64,000 bases of DNA, from assembly GCA_951406725.2 (NCBI GenBank), contig OX597815.1:93558001-93622000 (forward strand). Reading direction: 5' to 3'. The stretch comes from Octopus vulgaris (Eukaryota). Under the pieces are notes generated by a model. The model did no database searches and was not told the origin of the DNA. It saw only the letters and a program-made list of their open reading frames with translations. Below, in pieces: positions 41,264 to 54,753 of the stretch. How positions within the stretch are numbered: the stretch's first letter is position 1; every line of letters starts with the position of its first letter. The position numbers and the translations under genes were made by a program.

Positions 41264-42862
41264 GCCCTGATGCAGTACCAGGCAGTGGCTCTCATGGCTT
41301 CTGATCTTAACTGATTGGAAGTGTTATCATGTACATTGTTTTGTCTTGGTATAAAAGATGGGCTACAGCAAATATTCTGCTCAATACCACAGATTTGCTT
41401 GTCAGTTGTTTGGCCTTAACCAGTTGAGCATGTCCCTTAGTGGCTGACGATATGTGCATCTCTGATCACGAGCAGAAGTAGTGGGGGAGCATCATGGCCA
41501 TGTGTTGAGAGGGATTCTTTGGGGTTTGAATAATTCACCTCTGGAAACATAGGTGTTTCGTTCAACATCCTAAAGCAACCCTTATTCAGGGACCTTTTGA
41601 GCAGGATGGGCTACTCAACCTGAAGAAAATTCTAACTGGGCTCCACCTGCAAGGTCATGTGCTGTTTATCTTGATATGAGATCACCATGTCGCGCACATA
41701 TGGTTGTGATGCATGTGCCTGGTATACCTTTATCAGACGAGTAGTCATGATGGGTATATTGGGCTTCGTATATTTTACCCCAGTGTCACTTTGATGGCAT
41801 GAACTGCTCTCTCACTCAATAATAATAATAATAAATGCCCTGATGCAGTATCAGGCAGTGGCTCTCATGTCTTCTGATCTTAACTGATTGGAAGTGTTAT
41901 CATGTACATTGTTTTGTTTTGGTATAAAAGATGGGCTACAGCAAATATTCTGCTCAATACCACAGAGTTGCTTGTCAGTTGTTTGACCATAACCAGTTGA
42001 GCTTTAGTGGCAGACAATATGTGCATCTCTGATCAGTAGTAGAAGTAGTCAGGGAGCATCATAGCCATGTGTTGAGAGGAATTCTTTGGGGTTGGGAAAC
42101 ATGGGTGTTTCATTCAACTTCCTTAAACAACCCTTATTCAAGGACCTTTTAAGTGGGATGGGCTACTCAACCTGAAGAAAATTCTAATTGAAGAAAATTC
42201 AAGGTCATGCACAGTTTATCTTGATATGAGATCACCATATTGTGCACATACGGTTGTGATGCATGTGCCTGGTGTACCCTTATCAGACAGGTAGTCATGA
42301 TGAGTATACTGGGCTCTGTATATTTGTACTCCAGTGTCACTTAGATGGCATGCACTGCTCTCTCACTCAATAATAATAATAATAATAACAATAAAAGATG
42401 GGCTACAGGAAATATTCTGCTCAATACCACAGATTTGCTTGTCAGTTGCTTGACCATAACCAGTTGAGCATGTCCCTTAGTAGCTGTTGATATGTGCATC
42501 TCTAATCATGAGTAGAAGTAGTGGGAGAGCATCATAGCCATGTATTGAGAGGAATTCTTTGGGGTTTGAATAATTCACTCCTGGAAACATAGGTGTTTCA
42601 TTCATCATCTTTAAACAAACCTTATTCAGAAACCTTTTGAGCAGGATGAGCTACTCAGCCTGAAGAAAATTTTAACTGGGCCCCACCTGCAAGGTCATGT
42701 GCTGCTTATCTTGATATGAGATCACCATGTTGTGCACATATGGTTGTGATGCATGTGCTTGGTGTACCCTTATCAGGCAGGTAGTCATGGTGTGTATATT
42801 GAACTTCATATATTTGTACCTAAGTGGCATGCACTGCTCTCTCACTCAATAACAATAATAAT
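41260..42862 (+). repeat. Three head-to-tail copies of a ~560-bp element, each ending in (AAT)n
   Basis: Units at ~41260-41820, 41833-42372 and 42394-42850 (5'-truncated); diverged copies separated by (AAT)n. Confidence 0.9.
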
Positions 42863-43084
42863 AGTTTCAAATTTTGGCACAAGGTCAGTAATTTTGGGGG
42901 AGGAAGTAAGTCAATCATATTGATCCTAGTGTTCAACTGGTACTTATTTTACTGATCTCAAAAGAATGAAAGGCAAAGTTGACCTCTGTGGTGTTTGAAC
43001 TTAGAATGTGAAGTCATAAGAAATGCCGCTTAGCCTTTTTTCTGACACAGTAGCATTTCTGCCAGCTCCCCACCTTAATAATGA

Positions 43085-43480
43085 TTCAGACAAGAGTGCC
43101 TAATAATTGACGTGGCAGTGCCAGGAGATCAACATACTATCATGAAAAAAAGAGAAAAGATTGATAGATATGGAGACCTGAGAAGTGAAATCATTAAGAT
43201 GTGGCAGCTACGAGAGTCAAACATAAAGGTTATCCCTATTGTCATTGGAGCATTGGATTCTATACCATCCAATCTGAAAAATAAAAAAAGGAAAACTTTA
43301 GAAATACCCTACAATCTAAGTGCATTGCAAAAGTCGGCATTACATGGAATTGCATGTATATTGTATAAAGTATTGTCTGTCTGAGGTCATTGTTGTGACT
43401 TGACAAACAGTACAAACCCCCGATAGACACAATATCTTCAATCAACAATCTCACAATATTGTATACTGTGTGACATCTAC

Positions 43481-43481
<1 letters not shown>
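43085..43481 (+). mobile_element. R4/Dong-clade LINE 3' end (restriction-like endonuclease)
   Basis: IIDVAVPGD..KKREKIDRYGDLRSEIIKMWQL..KVIPIVIGAL..LQKSALHG; 3' end abuts (AAT)n. Confidence 0.85.
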
Positions 43482-43541
<60 letters not shown>

Positions 43542-43631
43542 GTAATAATATTAATAATAATAATAATAATGATGATGATGATAATAATAACAACAACAAT
43601 GATAATGATGATGATGATGATCATCATCATC
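43481..43631. repeat. (AAT)n/(GAT)n microsatellite
   Basis: Read directly from the sequence. Confidence 0.95.
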
Positions 43632-44505
43632 ACTTTATGTCTGTTTTCAATGCAGGTGTGAATTGAACTGTTTGACAGGATCCAACATTTTCCTCCAGTG
43701 TCTCAATTTTGGCATGGTTTCTACAGCTGGATGCCTTTCCTAACAATAACCACTTTACAGAATGTACTCGGTACATTCTTTGTGGCACATACAACAGAGG
43801 TTACCTTGCTCTTGCATCAGTAAAACTAAACAGTCCTCTCATGTCGTGCACTGTTACTCAATTTGATTTACTACCCTCTTACAGAGAGTACAAGGAGGTG
43901 GTAGTTTTGGTGGTGGTGGTGCTGCTAGTTTTGTAGTGGTGGTGGTAGTGACAATAATGATGATTAACATCATTTTACAATGTGTTAGTGTAAAACAATA
44001 GTGTTCAATACATATTTATAAGTTGAGTGTAGCTTGGTGGTAGTGGCGGTAGTGATGATAATGCTGATGTTGATGCTGATGCTGAAGCTGTTGATGGTGA
44101 TGATGACTACAAAAGTGATAATGATGGTGGTGTGCACACAGAAATATTCGTGTTTACAAATATTTTACAATTTCAACAACAAAACATAAACTCCTTAATA
44201 CTTCACAAGAGGATCAACAAAATCTCATTATATTTGCCAGAACTATATGTATTTAGTGGAGGTGGGAGGAAAGTAGAAAAGAAGTAGCGCACGTTACAAC
44301 ATATAAATGTGTGTATATGTTTATGCATGAATGTGTGTATTTGTTTAATGCATAGACATGTGTATATGTGCAAGTGTGTATTCAGTGTTTCATTGAACTG
44401 TTACTGATGTGTGTAACATTATTGGTTCTATATGTGCAAATATGTGTATGCATATACATACTTGTGTGTCTGCGTGTTTGACTGCTCTTTTTTTTTGTTT
44501 GGAGA

Positions 44506-44718
44506 GAAGAAGAAGAAGAAGAAGAAGAAGAAGAAGAAGAAGAAGAAGAAGAAGAAGAAGAAGAAGAAGAAGAAGAAGAAGAAGGAAAAGAAGAAGAAGG
44601 AAAAGAAGAAGAAGAAGAAGAAGAAGAGGTGGTGGTGGAGGAGGAGGAGGAAGAAGAAGAAGAAGAAGAAGAAGAAGAAGAAGAAGAAGAAGAAGAAGAA
44701 GAAGAAGAAGAAGAAGAA
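44506..44718. repeat. (GAA)n microsatellite
   Basis: Read directly from the sequence. Confidence 0.95.
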
Positions 44719-46169
44719 CCCATGATTCATACATGGCTTCAGAGGTTGGTGAGATCAATATGGCTGATGGTCACCTTGAACATTTGAGTAAGATTAACAT
44801 GGCTGGTGTTCACCTTGAACATCTATAAGTTGACATCTGCAAGGAAAAGATGAGTGGCTATGGTAATACCAGCTAGTTGTTGCTCTGGAAAAGAAATATT
44901 GAATAAAGTGGTTGGTAAGTGCCTTGGAGCTGAGAAAGACAAGAGGAAGAAAGGTTGAGATGTTGGTTCATTCAGAGAAACAGAGAGAGGAGACAATGCA
45001 GATTAAAATTTTTTTAATGGTTTCATCCAAGGAGGAAGGGCAGCATTCATGACCTTTGTATGGGTCCACTTATGAAGCTGGTGGAATGAACAAGAAGTTA
45101 CTTGTAGATTAGGAGATAGACTAAAAAGCTTGGGATAAAGATATCAAGTTAAATAACTTGAGATTGTTTACAGCAGAATGGACTTTACTGATGAACCCAG
45201 GAGCAGACAATGGTGTTATCCTAGATATTATATTCGATCTACCCATATCTGCTTACTTTATGTAATTAGCACTCTAATGTCTGTTGTAGTTGAGTTTTGT
45301 AGAGACTCAATAAATGATCAGAACCGAGCAGTTTTAATTGTGTTGAGTATAAAAAATATCTAGGAAAGATCATCAGTGATTGTGAGACCTTAATAGTTGT
45401 AGCAACTTTGAGTTTTAATTATGTATTTTCCATTACTAATGAATGGATTCAAGAATGTTCCATTGCTATAAGCTATGGTTATGCTATGGTTGTATTTATG
45501 TGCTGTTAAAAAAAGGCTATATTGTTGTGTCCCTGGGGTGAGAGAAAGCTGGTTGCTAATGTACATAAGAACATTTTGCATATTAATGAATAAAAATCCA
45601 AGGGAACACATCTTCTGGAATTGATGAATTTGTAATATGTTTGGGCATTCCATTCTACCTCTATTATATGAACTAATAATATATGAACTGTCAATAGAAT
45701 TTATCTTTAAGATCTGAAAGTAATTTCTAATGTCAGATAACTACCACCCTGTTGATCAGTTCAAATTGATCATGACTGCCTCTATAGAAAACCTACATCC
45801 TAGGTCTCAGTCTATGTGGGAATGAGGTGAACCAGAAAGAAACGGTCAGTGACGTCAATGGCTGAGGGGCCCGACTGGAAGAGTAAGAATGAGTGAGGAT
45901 GTGGGCGGAAGTAGGACCAGCATGGGCCTCTTTGGCCTCAGGCAGCAGGAGTGGACGGACGTGTGTAGATGTGTGAGCTAGAAAGGGTATTAGTGCAGGT
46001 TCTAGCAATAGGTCAGACAGGTAGGGTGCATCTCAGATTTAACCCAGCTGGACAGTTGATGCTGAGAGGTAGGTGAATTGTACATCGTTTTTCACATTAC
46101 AGTTCCCCATACTACAGTCTATTAACTAAGAAACAGCCAATGTGACTGTAAATCACCCTGATTGATATG

Positions 46170-46930
46170 TAGGAAAGATGTAGGTAGAAATTCCATACTA
46201 TCTACTCAGTGTAAATTGTGGGCACATAAAAACTGCAGTGGAATCACAGGAAGTTAGCAGAAAAAGTAGATTTTGTAGCAGATGTGCAGGAGCAATAAAT
46301 ACTAAAAAGATATTGAAAATAGATTTTCTGGAATTCCTAGGTGGATCCTCAGAGGTAGTAAATAGTTTATATTACCTAAGAGACCTAATTAGCAGTGGTA
46401 GAAATGTTCTGAAAATATAGTTGCTAGAATAAGAATAGGAGAATGGAGAAAGTTCAGTGAGCAAGTACCTCTATTGAAAATAGGACGTCTCTTTCTCTTA
46501 GAGTGAAAGGCAGATTGTATGATGCTTGTGTACAAACAGCAATGCTACATGGTTGTGATAGTTAAGCCATGAATGCAGAGGATATGCAAAGACTATGAAT
46601 AAATGAAGCTATTGTGCACCACTAAATATGCAACATCAGTGTGCATGTACAACAATGTACAACAATGTATTGAGAGAAAAATTGGTCATAAGAGGCATCT
46701 GATGTAGTATACAAGAAAGAAGACTGTGCTAGCATTGTCATGTGATGTCTCTGGATGAGGACAGCTGCATAAAGAAGTGCCTATCACTAACATGGATGGA
46801 GCCTGTGAAAGTGGGAGACCTAGACAAATGTGGAGCAAAGTAGACCAGCCTCAAGATGTTGAGCCTCATGGAGGAACAAAAGACCGAGATGATTGGCAAT
46901 ATGCTGTGCTTGAGAATATCATCCATCTCA
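46170..46930 (+). mobile_element. RTE LINE RT C-terminal fragment
   Basis: CSRCAGAINT..EVVNSLYYLRDLISSG, RVKGRLYDACVQTAMLHG; same family as 63300-64000. Confidence 0.8.
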
Positions 46931-47901
46931 GCCAAAATGTAGTCCAGTCAAACTTTCCTCTACAACTCATTTTCTAACATTCCTCCTTCCATCATTCTTT
47001 CAATTATGACACTACCTACTTAGGCGCTGTAAATGTTATCATTTATCTCCCTACATTTCACATCATCTCCCTATTTACTGTCCCTTGTCACTTCCTCCTC
47101 CTGCTCAACATTCTCCTGCTTCCTTCTTTTGTACTCCAAGCTGATATTCACCATTGAGCATGACTCCATCTATGTGCTCCATGCATGGCATCCACCTCAT
47201 TCCTCATCTCTGACCATCTGTCACACTCCTTTCACAGTCTTGCAAACTTACCTATCCATCTACACTTTCCAATCCTCTATCCCTAATTTCATACTTACAT
47301 ATATCTTGTACCTTGAGCTTATATCCTCACCATCTTTCTCTCTCTCCCTCTCTCCCCTTCTCTCACTATTCCTCTCTCTCCCTTTCTCTCCCTCTTTCTC
47401 TCCCCCTTCCTCCCTCCCCATCTCTGCCCCTCTCCTTTCTCCCTTCCCTCCTCTCTCTCCCCTCTCCCCCTCTCCCTTTCCCACTAGGAAAGCCATGTAT
47501 CTGCTCTCCAGTTAGTTATCTGTTCCTGTCCCTTTATTATATTTGCACCTCCCTCAATACTACAACTGGCTTCCCCACTCAGTCACGGTGTCTTGTCTTG
47601 CGAGTTACTCAGTGACTTCATTAATGCTGGTGCCATGTAAAAAGCATCCAATACACTCCGTAAAGTGGTTGGTGCTAAGAAGGGCACCCAACCATAGAAA
47701 CAATACCAAAGTAGACATCAAAGCTTGGCGCAGTCTTATCATTCCTGTTGAAACATCTAACCCATGCCAGCATGAAAAACAGACGTTAAGCAGTGGTGAT
47801 AACATACATTCACACTTAGATGCACACACATACATACATACATACACATGCATTTACATGTATTTACATGGACATGCACACATGTGTACATGCATATGCA
47901 T

Positions 47902-47959
<58 letters not shown>

Positions 47960-48056
47960 ATTGCAAAATAGTGAATGGAAGCTTATTCTTGCACATGCAA
48001 ATATATTTGTTCATATGCACAAACATACAAATATATGCATAAACATCATACATATA

Positions 48057-48278
48057 TATTTCTTTACTGCCCACAAGGGGCTAAACATAGTGGGGACAAA
48101 CAAGAACAAAGAGATTAAGTCGATTACATCAATCCCAGTGCGAAACTGGTACTTTATTTATCGACCCCGAAAGGATGAAAGGCAAAGTCAACCTCGGCAG
48201 AATTTGAACTCAGAACGTAACGTAAGACGAAATACAGCTACGCATTTCGCCCGGCGTGCTAACGTTTCTGCCAGCTCG
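48057..48278 (-). mobile_element. Nin/Deu-like tRNA SINE
   Basis: Reverse complement of 23776-24003. Confidence 0.85.
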
Positions 48279-48287
48279 CATACATAT

Positions 48288-48700
48288 AGGTGCAGGCATG
48301 GCTGTGTGGTAAAAAACTTGCTTCCCAACCACATGGTTCCAGGTTCAGTCTAACTACATGGCACCTAGGGCAAGTGTCTTCTACTATAGCCTCAGGCCAA
48401 CCAAAGCTTTGTGAGTGGATTTGGTAGATGGAAACTGAAAGAAGCCCATCGTATATATGTGTGTATATCTATGTATGTGTGTCTGTGTTTGTCCGCCACC
48501 TTCACAACTTAACAGCCAGTGTTGGTGTGTTCATGTCCCCATAACTTAGCAGTTTGGCCAAAGAGATTAATAGAATATGTATCAGGCTTTAAAAAAAAGT
48601 ATAGGAGTCAATACATTCGACTATAAATTCTTCAAGGCAGTGCACCAGTATGGCCACAGTCTAATGACTGAAACAAGTAAAAGATAAAAAGATAAAAGAT
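48288..48700 (+). mobile_element. CORE-type tRNA SINE, full length
   Basis: Aligns end to end with 56989-57393. Confidence 0.85.
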
Positions 48701-50563
48701 ATATATATATACAAATATGTACAATAAAAAGAAGAATCAGCATCAGTATTGGATAAGTGCTTTATCAACCTACACCAAGAGATGAAAAGCAAAGATGGCA
48801 TCAACCAAAGTCTGAATGATTTGATGCTGATATTAGAAAAAGAAAAGGTAATGAATTGGTTAAATCATTTAAGCATCAGACAAAAGTGATTCCCCACATA
48901 CCTTTTGATTCTTTGTACCCTGAGTTCAAATCTCACCATGGTCAACTTTACCTTTTTTGTCCTTTTAGGTTCAATAAAAGAGTATCAGTCCAAAGGCAGT
49001 GGATTAGTAGAACTGTAAGAATTTTGGACTAGATGCTTGGTAGAATTTTTTCTTTTCATGTGTGTGTATGTTATGAGTTCAGATCCTGCTGTCTTATATG
49101 GATGGTAAACTTAATCCATTCCCTGAGTTAACTCTACCATCTGACACCTTTGATCCTTTTAGTAGAGTCTACTCAGTCACAAGAATTCAAGTCAGATTTC
49201 CAGTGAGGGGAAGGAAACCTTCTTCTTTCTCTCCCACAAGTCTCAGCAGCCTTGTAAAGGATCATAGGCATTGGCTTCCCTCCTGAATAAAAGATAAAAT
49301 TTTATGCTGATTGGGGAGAAAATGGGGGTAGGGCAAATGTCAGTTACCTCTAGAGAATAGATGGTTCTCGAAGACCACAGCTAAGAGATCACTTCTTAGA
49401 GGATGTAGAATGCTTAAGAATTCAGCTTAGGTCACAGCTGCTCATAGGTATCTTGGGTGAACCCAGTTTGCAAAAGGTGACTGGAATGGCAAATGCTCAA
49501 AGATGTGGATTGCTCTGATCCTAACTAGATGGCAGTTTTTTAGCCCTACATAGGTGGATATTACTTACTTATTTTGTGGACTAAATTTCTAAACTGTTTT
49601 AATATATTGTATTACATTTTTGCTCCACTTCCATTTATCAAGTTCATTTCCATATGCGTGTAATTTGTTTTGTATTATATATATAGGCTCTAGGCAGTGG
49701 TGGCAGCATCAGAGGTGATGGTGATAACAGCAGAGGCATCTGGCAGTGGTAGTGATGCAGTGGAGGGGTTGGCAGTGGTGGTTTATAAAATTCAAGGACA
49801 AAGCATAGTGCACCTACCTTTTTCAGGTATTCCTAGACAGGTAATGCCAATGTGTGCTTGATATTCAGCAAAGACATCTGTATTTTTATGTTGAGAAGGA
49901 AAGTGCAAGAATAGAGTTTCAGAAGGTTGTAGGTGTAAGGAAGAAAGGATTGGGTGAAGTGTTTAGTATGAAGTTATACATAATAAGGGTGGTGTATCAA
50001 GTGGGCTTGGAGAGCAGCCATGCCATGCAATGTTGTAGTTCAGAGGAGTAGGAACAGTGTCATAGAAACAGAAATGACAAAGACAAGAAATTGCACATCT
50101 GTATCTCAAAGTTTCTGTGTGTTGGTGAGTTTTTGTTCTCCAGTCAGATGGCCTGTTTTTTAATCATTTTTGTCGTCATCATCATTGCTGTCGTCGTTGT
50201 TGTCATCACCACTGCCACTGCCATTGCCACCATCAGCCTTGTCATCATCATCATCATCATCATCATCGTTGTCGTCGTCATCGACATCATCATCATCATT
50301 GTCACCATCATCTGATGTCCACTGTTCCATATTTGCATGAATCAGATGGAATTTGTTGAAGCACGTTTTCTACAGCCAGATATACTGCCTGTCACCAAAC
50401 TTCATCTGTTTCCAAGCAAAGTAATTTTTTTCCCCATAGCTAGACATATTTTTGTTTACTAAAGACAGGAAATGAACAATCTTACTGGTATAACAATGAT
50501 ACTCATTTACAACCACCACTTGATGTCAAGATGAAAGTACATGCAAACACATACAACCACTGC

Positions 50564-50594
<31 letters not shown>

Positions 50595-50663
50595 TGTATG
50601 TATGTATGTATGTATGTATGTATGTATGTATGTATGTGTGTCTGTTTGTATGTGCCTGCCTTT

Positions 50664-50695
<32 letters not shown>

Positions 50696-50697
50696 CA

Positions 50698-50737
<40 letters not shown>

Positions 50738-50758
50738 GATATGTATATATATATATAT

Positions 50759-50970
50759 AACGGGAAGCTTTATGAAAATAAACAAAAGACGAAGGCAGGT
50801 GGAGTACAAACAAACAATTGTATGAGTATGGCGCTCAGGAATATAAATAAAACAAGTCTTTTACGTTTCGAGCCTACGCTCTTCAACAGAAAGATACACA
50901 GAAAAGAAACACGGAGAGAAACAAGGAGAGAAAAAAAATGCGTGCAGAAGCTAGCGATTCAACATGATAT
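50759..50970 (-). mobile_element. Short (TA)n-embedded element with minimal hammerhead-like motif
   Basis: 50857-50894 reverse complement: tcttt-CTGTTGA-A-GAGC gtag GCTC-GAAAC-GTA-aaaga. Confidence 0.65.
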
Positions 50971-51010
50971 TTATATATATATGTATGTATGTATATATAT
51001 GTATATTATA

Positions 51011-52279
51011 TTGGGTTGTCAAGAAAATCTAGCGGAATTTTTAATTTGGGTCTTAAATGATGTATTTTCAAATTCATTTTTGTTAAATTACTTTGAATTT
51101 ATATATCATTTTAGAGCCTGTTTTTTGTTCTATCTAATCATGTTACTCTATTTCTTTTTGAATAATTAGGCCATTTCTTCCAGAATGGACAAAAAGCAAA
51201 TTCACACAATTTTCTTATTCCAGTTCAAGCTAGGCCAAAAAGCTGCTGAAACAGCTCGCTATATCAATGATGCATTTGGCCCAGGAACCACTAATGAACG
51301 TACAGCACAATGGCAGTTCAAGAAATTTTGTAGTGCTGATGAAAGTCTTGAAGATGATAAGCATAGTGGTTGGCCAGTGGATGTTGACAATGTTCAACTA
51401 AGAACCTTAGTCGAAGCCAATCCATGCACAACTGTTTGAGAGCTTGCTTTTGAATTAGACGTAACGTATATGACAATTTCTAACTACTTGAAAGAGATTG
51501 GAAAAACAAAAATAATTGAGAAATGGGTACCGCATGAATTGAACGACAACCAAAAAAACGCCATTTTGAAGTGTCGTCTTCCCTTCTTTTACACAACAAG
51601 AATGACCCATTTCTCGACCGGATTGTGACTTGTGATAACAAGTGGATTCTGTATGACAACTGGCAATGCTCAGCTCAGTGGTTGGACAAAGACAAAGCTC
51701 CACAGCACTTCCCGAAGCCAAAGTTGCACCAAATGAAGGTCATGGTGACTGTTTGGTTGTCTGTGGCCGGTCTCATCCATTTCAGCTTTTTGGATCAAGG
51801 TGAAACCATTACGCCGAAGAAGTACTATCAGCAAATGGATGAAATGCATAAGAAGCTCCGACAACAACAGCCAGCATTGGTCAATAGAAATGGACCAATT
51901 CTTCACCACAACAAAGTTAGGCCACATGTCACACAACTGACACTGCAGAAGTTGAACGAATTGGGCTACAAAACTCTGCCTCATCTGCCATATGCACCAG
52001 ACCTCTTGCCTACTGACTACCACTTTTTCAAGCATCTCGACAACTTCCTGCATGAGAAATGCTTCAAAAACCAAGACGATGCCAAACAAGTCTTCAATGA
52101 CTTCATCACCACCAGAACACAGGATTTTTACGCTAATGGCATAAATGAACTTGTTTCACATTGGCAAAAGTGTGTTGATTCTGGAGTTTATTTCGATTAA
52201 TAAAGCTTTGTTTGAGCCGATACATGTGCATCTGAATTTAAAAAGGTTAAAAACTTCAAGAATTTTCTTGACAACCTAA
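51011..52279 (+). mobile_element. Full-length mariner element with TIRs and TA target duplication
   Basis: TA|ttgggttgtcaagaaaat ... attttcttgacaacctaa|TA; about 1.27 kb. Confidence 0.95.
51185..52200 (+). pseudogene. Mariner transposase pseudogene
   Basis: [38 protein letters not shown] motifs; stop at 51437-51439 and a frameshift near 51555. Confidence 0.92.
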
Positions 52280-52419
52280 TATATATACACACATTCAAAA
52301 GAGATGTTTTAGGAACTCAGCAAATACTACTACCATCCACAGCAGGTCACTTGACCATTCTACTACCATCCACAGCGGGCAGTTGACCCTTAAACATACT
52401 ACTGTCATAGCACTCCCAC

Positions 52420-52494
52420 ATTCTTCTTCTTCTTCTTTTTTTCTTCTTCTTCTTCTTCTTCTTCTTCTTCTTCTTCTTCTTCTTCTTCTTCTTC
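52420..52494. repeat. (TTC)n microsatellite
   Basis: Read directly from the sequence. Confidence 0.95.
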
Positions 52495-52754
52495 CCTACC
52501 AAGAATTCACAACAACCTTGAACCCACAAGAGTAAACAAGAGAGACAGAGACAGGCAGAAACAAGGAAAATGCCACTTGTATTTGAACACTATGCAAATA
52601 TTCTTTTAAAAAAACTTTTCTTTTAATTTTTCCAAAATTTAATTGATTTCCATACTTACAGTCAAAAAAGTCTCAATGACTGAAACCAGTACTGAAATGC
52701 TTTTTATAAAATTATTTTAGCATTTTCTATCTTGACCTTTTTTTCCATATATAT

Positions 52755-52981
52755 ATGTGTGTTGTGTGTGTGACCATGTGTGTGACCATGTGTGTACCGT
52801 TGGCGATTTTCTTTCTCCGTCTTCCCTTCCTTGGACCTTTCCTTTTTCTATGTTTCTGACGAAGAGCTCCACTCGAAACGTTAATCCTCCTTCTTTCTTT
52901 CCTTTCCTGAGTGTCCAATAACACTATACTTGTTCCACGTCCTCGCGTTGTGTTTTCTTTTTGTTCATGTTTGGATTAACT
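52755..52981 (+). mobile_element. Short (TA)n-embedded element with minimal hammerhead-like motif
   Basis: 52852-52886: gttt-CTGACGA-A-GAG ctcca CTC-GAAACGTT-aatc. Confidence 0.6.
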
Positions 52982-53418
52982 ATATATATATATTTCGTTT
53001 TTGGATTTGGTTTGCAAGATTTCTATTCAATTTAAAAACAGAAGCTGCCCTTCTTGAGAAACAAAAAATTCTCTAATTTTCTGCAGATAATTAAAAATGC
53101 AAATGAAATGGTAAGTTGTAGGAAGAAACATTCTAGCATTCCAGCAAGCCAAATATAAATTTAAGTCTTCCATCTGGCAATACTTTTTGCATATTTTTGA
53201 CAAGAAACCTATAATATTTATCTTTCCAAACATATTGGTTTTTCAATTCAAGCTTTGATGTGTTCAGTTTTTCTTCAAAATAATTGTCATTTGAAAAGAA
53301 AATTGAAACAATGTGATCATAAAACACACACATATCAATGCATATATACGCAGACATGCATATATGTGCACATATATAAGTGTTTATGCATGTGTGTATA
53401 TGTGTGTGTATAAGTATT

Positions 53419-53460
<42 letters not shown>

Positions 53461-54036
53461 AGTATGCATGTATGTGTCTATGTATGTACATCATCATCAT
53501 TCAAAATCCATCTTCCAAGTTAACCCTGTGTGTGTGTGTTTATGTGAAGTTATTTATAAAAATAATTTAACATTAAGCTGACGGATCACTCAATACTTTT
53601 TAGTAGAGTACATATTTATTAATTTTTTCAGGGAAAATATTAACAGTGACTTCGAAGTTTCATCTTGCTTGCCATCATTAAACAGTCTGATGATAAAAAG
53701 CAAGCAAAAATATGGAAGTTAATGTCAACTTTTACTTAATATATATAATTGGCATAAGGAAGGGCATCTAGCCATTAAAACCATGCCTCGACAGATACAC
53801 CAGCTCCATGTCAAACCATCCAACCCATGCCGGCTTGGAAAGCAGATGTTAAATGATGATGATGATGATGATGATAATGATGATGAGCATCATAATTTTG
53901 AAATATCTATAAAACCGTCAAGAGCTTGTTTGCTTTTATGCTTTTTGATTTATTATTAGTGTTGCTTAATATGTTTTGCTAAAATTGCTGTTTCTTTTCA
54001 GATATCATCAGGTAAAGGTAATTAAAATTCATTAAA

Positions 54037-54753
54037 ATGATAGATCTATCGGACTTTCAAAGAGGTCAAATTGTTGGTGCTCATATGGCAGGTGTTAGTG
54101 TAATGAAAACAGTTGAAATGTTTGGTGTATCAAAAAGTACTGTCTTGAAAGTAATGACAACCTTTGAGAAAGAGGGAAAAACCTCCTTGTTGAAACAAAA
54201 CTTTGGAAGAAAACCAAAACTTTCAGATAGGGACCGTTGGACTCTTACATGAATTGTTAGAAAGGATCAGAAAAGTACAGCTCCCAAAATTACTGCAGAG
54301 CTTAATGACCACCTCAAGAATCCACAGAAGCTGGATTTCAATGGGTGGGCTGCAATCAGAAAGCCACTATTTTCAAAAACAAACATTGCAAACCGTTTAG
54401 AATGGAGTAAAAACCTACAGAATTGGTCCCTAGAGCAGTGGAAGAATGTTATTTTCTTGGACGAATTGTCCTTTACCTTATTTCCGACCACCAGCCAAGT
54501 ATATGTGTGGAGGCAGCCAAAAGAAGCATTTGATCCAGATTGCCTTCTTCCAACTGTAAATATGAAGGAGGATCTGTGATAATCTGTAGGGCTATATCTT
54601 GGAAATCTGCTGCCCAATGGTTTCCCTTTATGGCAGAATTAATAGTCAAGACTAAGCATTTTATCTTATCAAATTCATCCTATGGTTGCCGAACTGTTTC
54701 CAGAGGGAAACACAATCTTTCAGGATGATAATGCACCAATCCACACAGCTAAA
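54037..54753 (+). pseudogene. Tc1-like transposase relic
   Basis: DLSDFQRGQIVGAHMAG..GRKPKLSDRDR, WKNVIFLDELSF, GGSVII, IFQDDNAPIHTAK; stops and frameshifts, truncated. Confidence 0.88.

Noticed and set aside
44382-44828. Poly-R/K/S/L/F ORFs
   Set aside because: Translations of the (GAA)n microsatellite.
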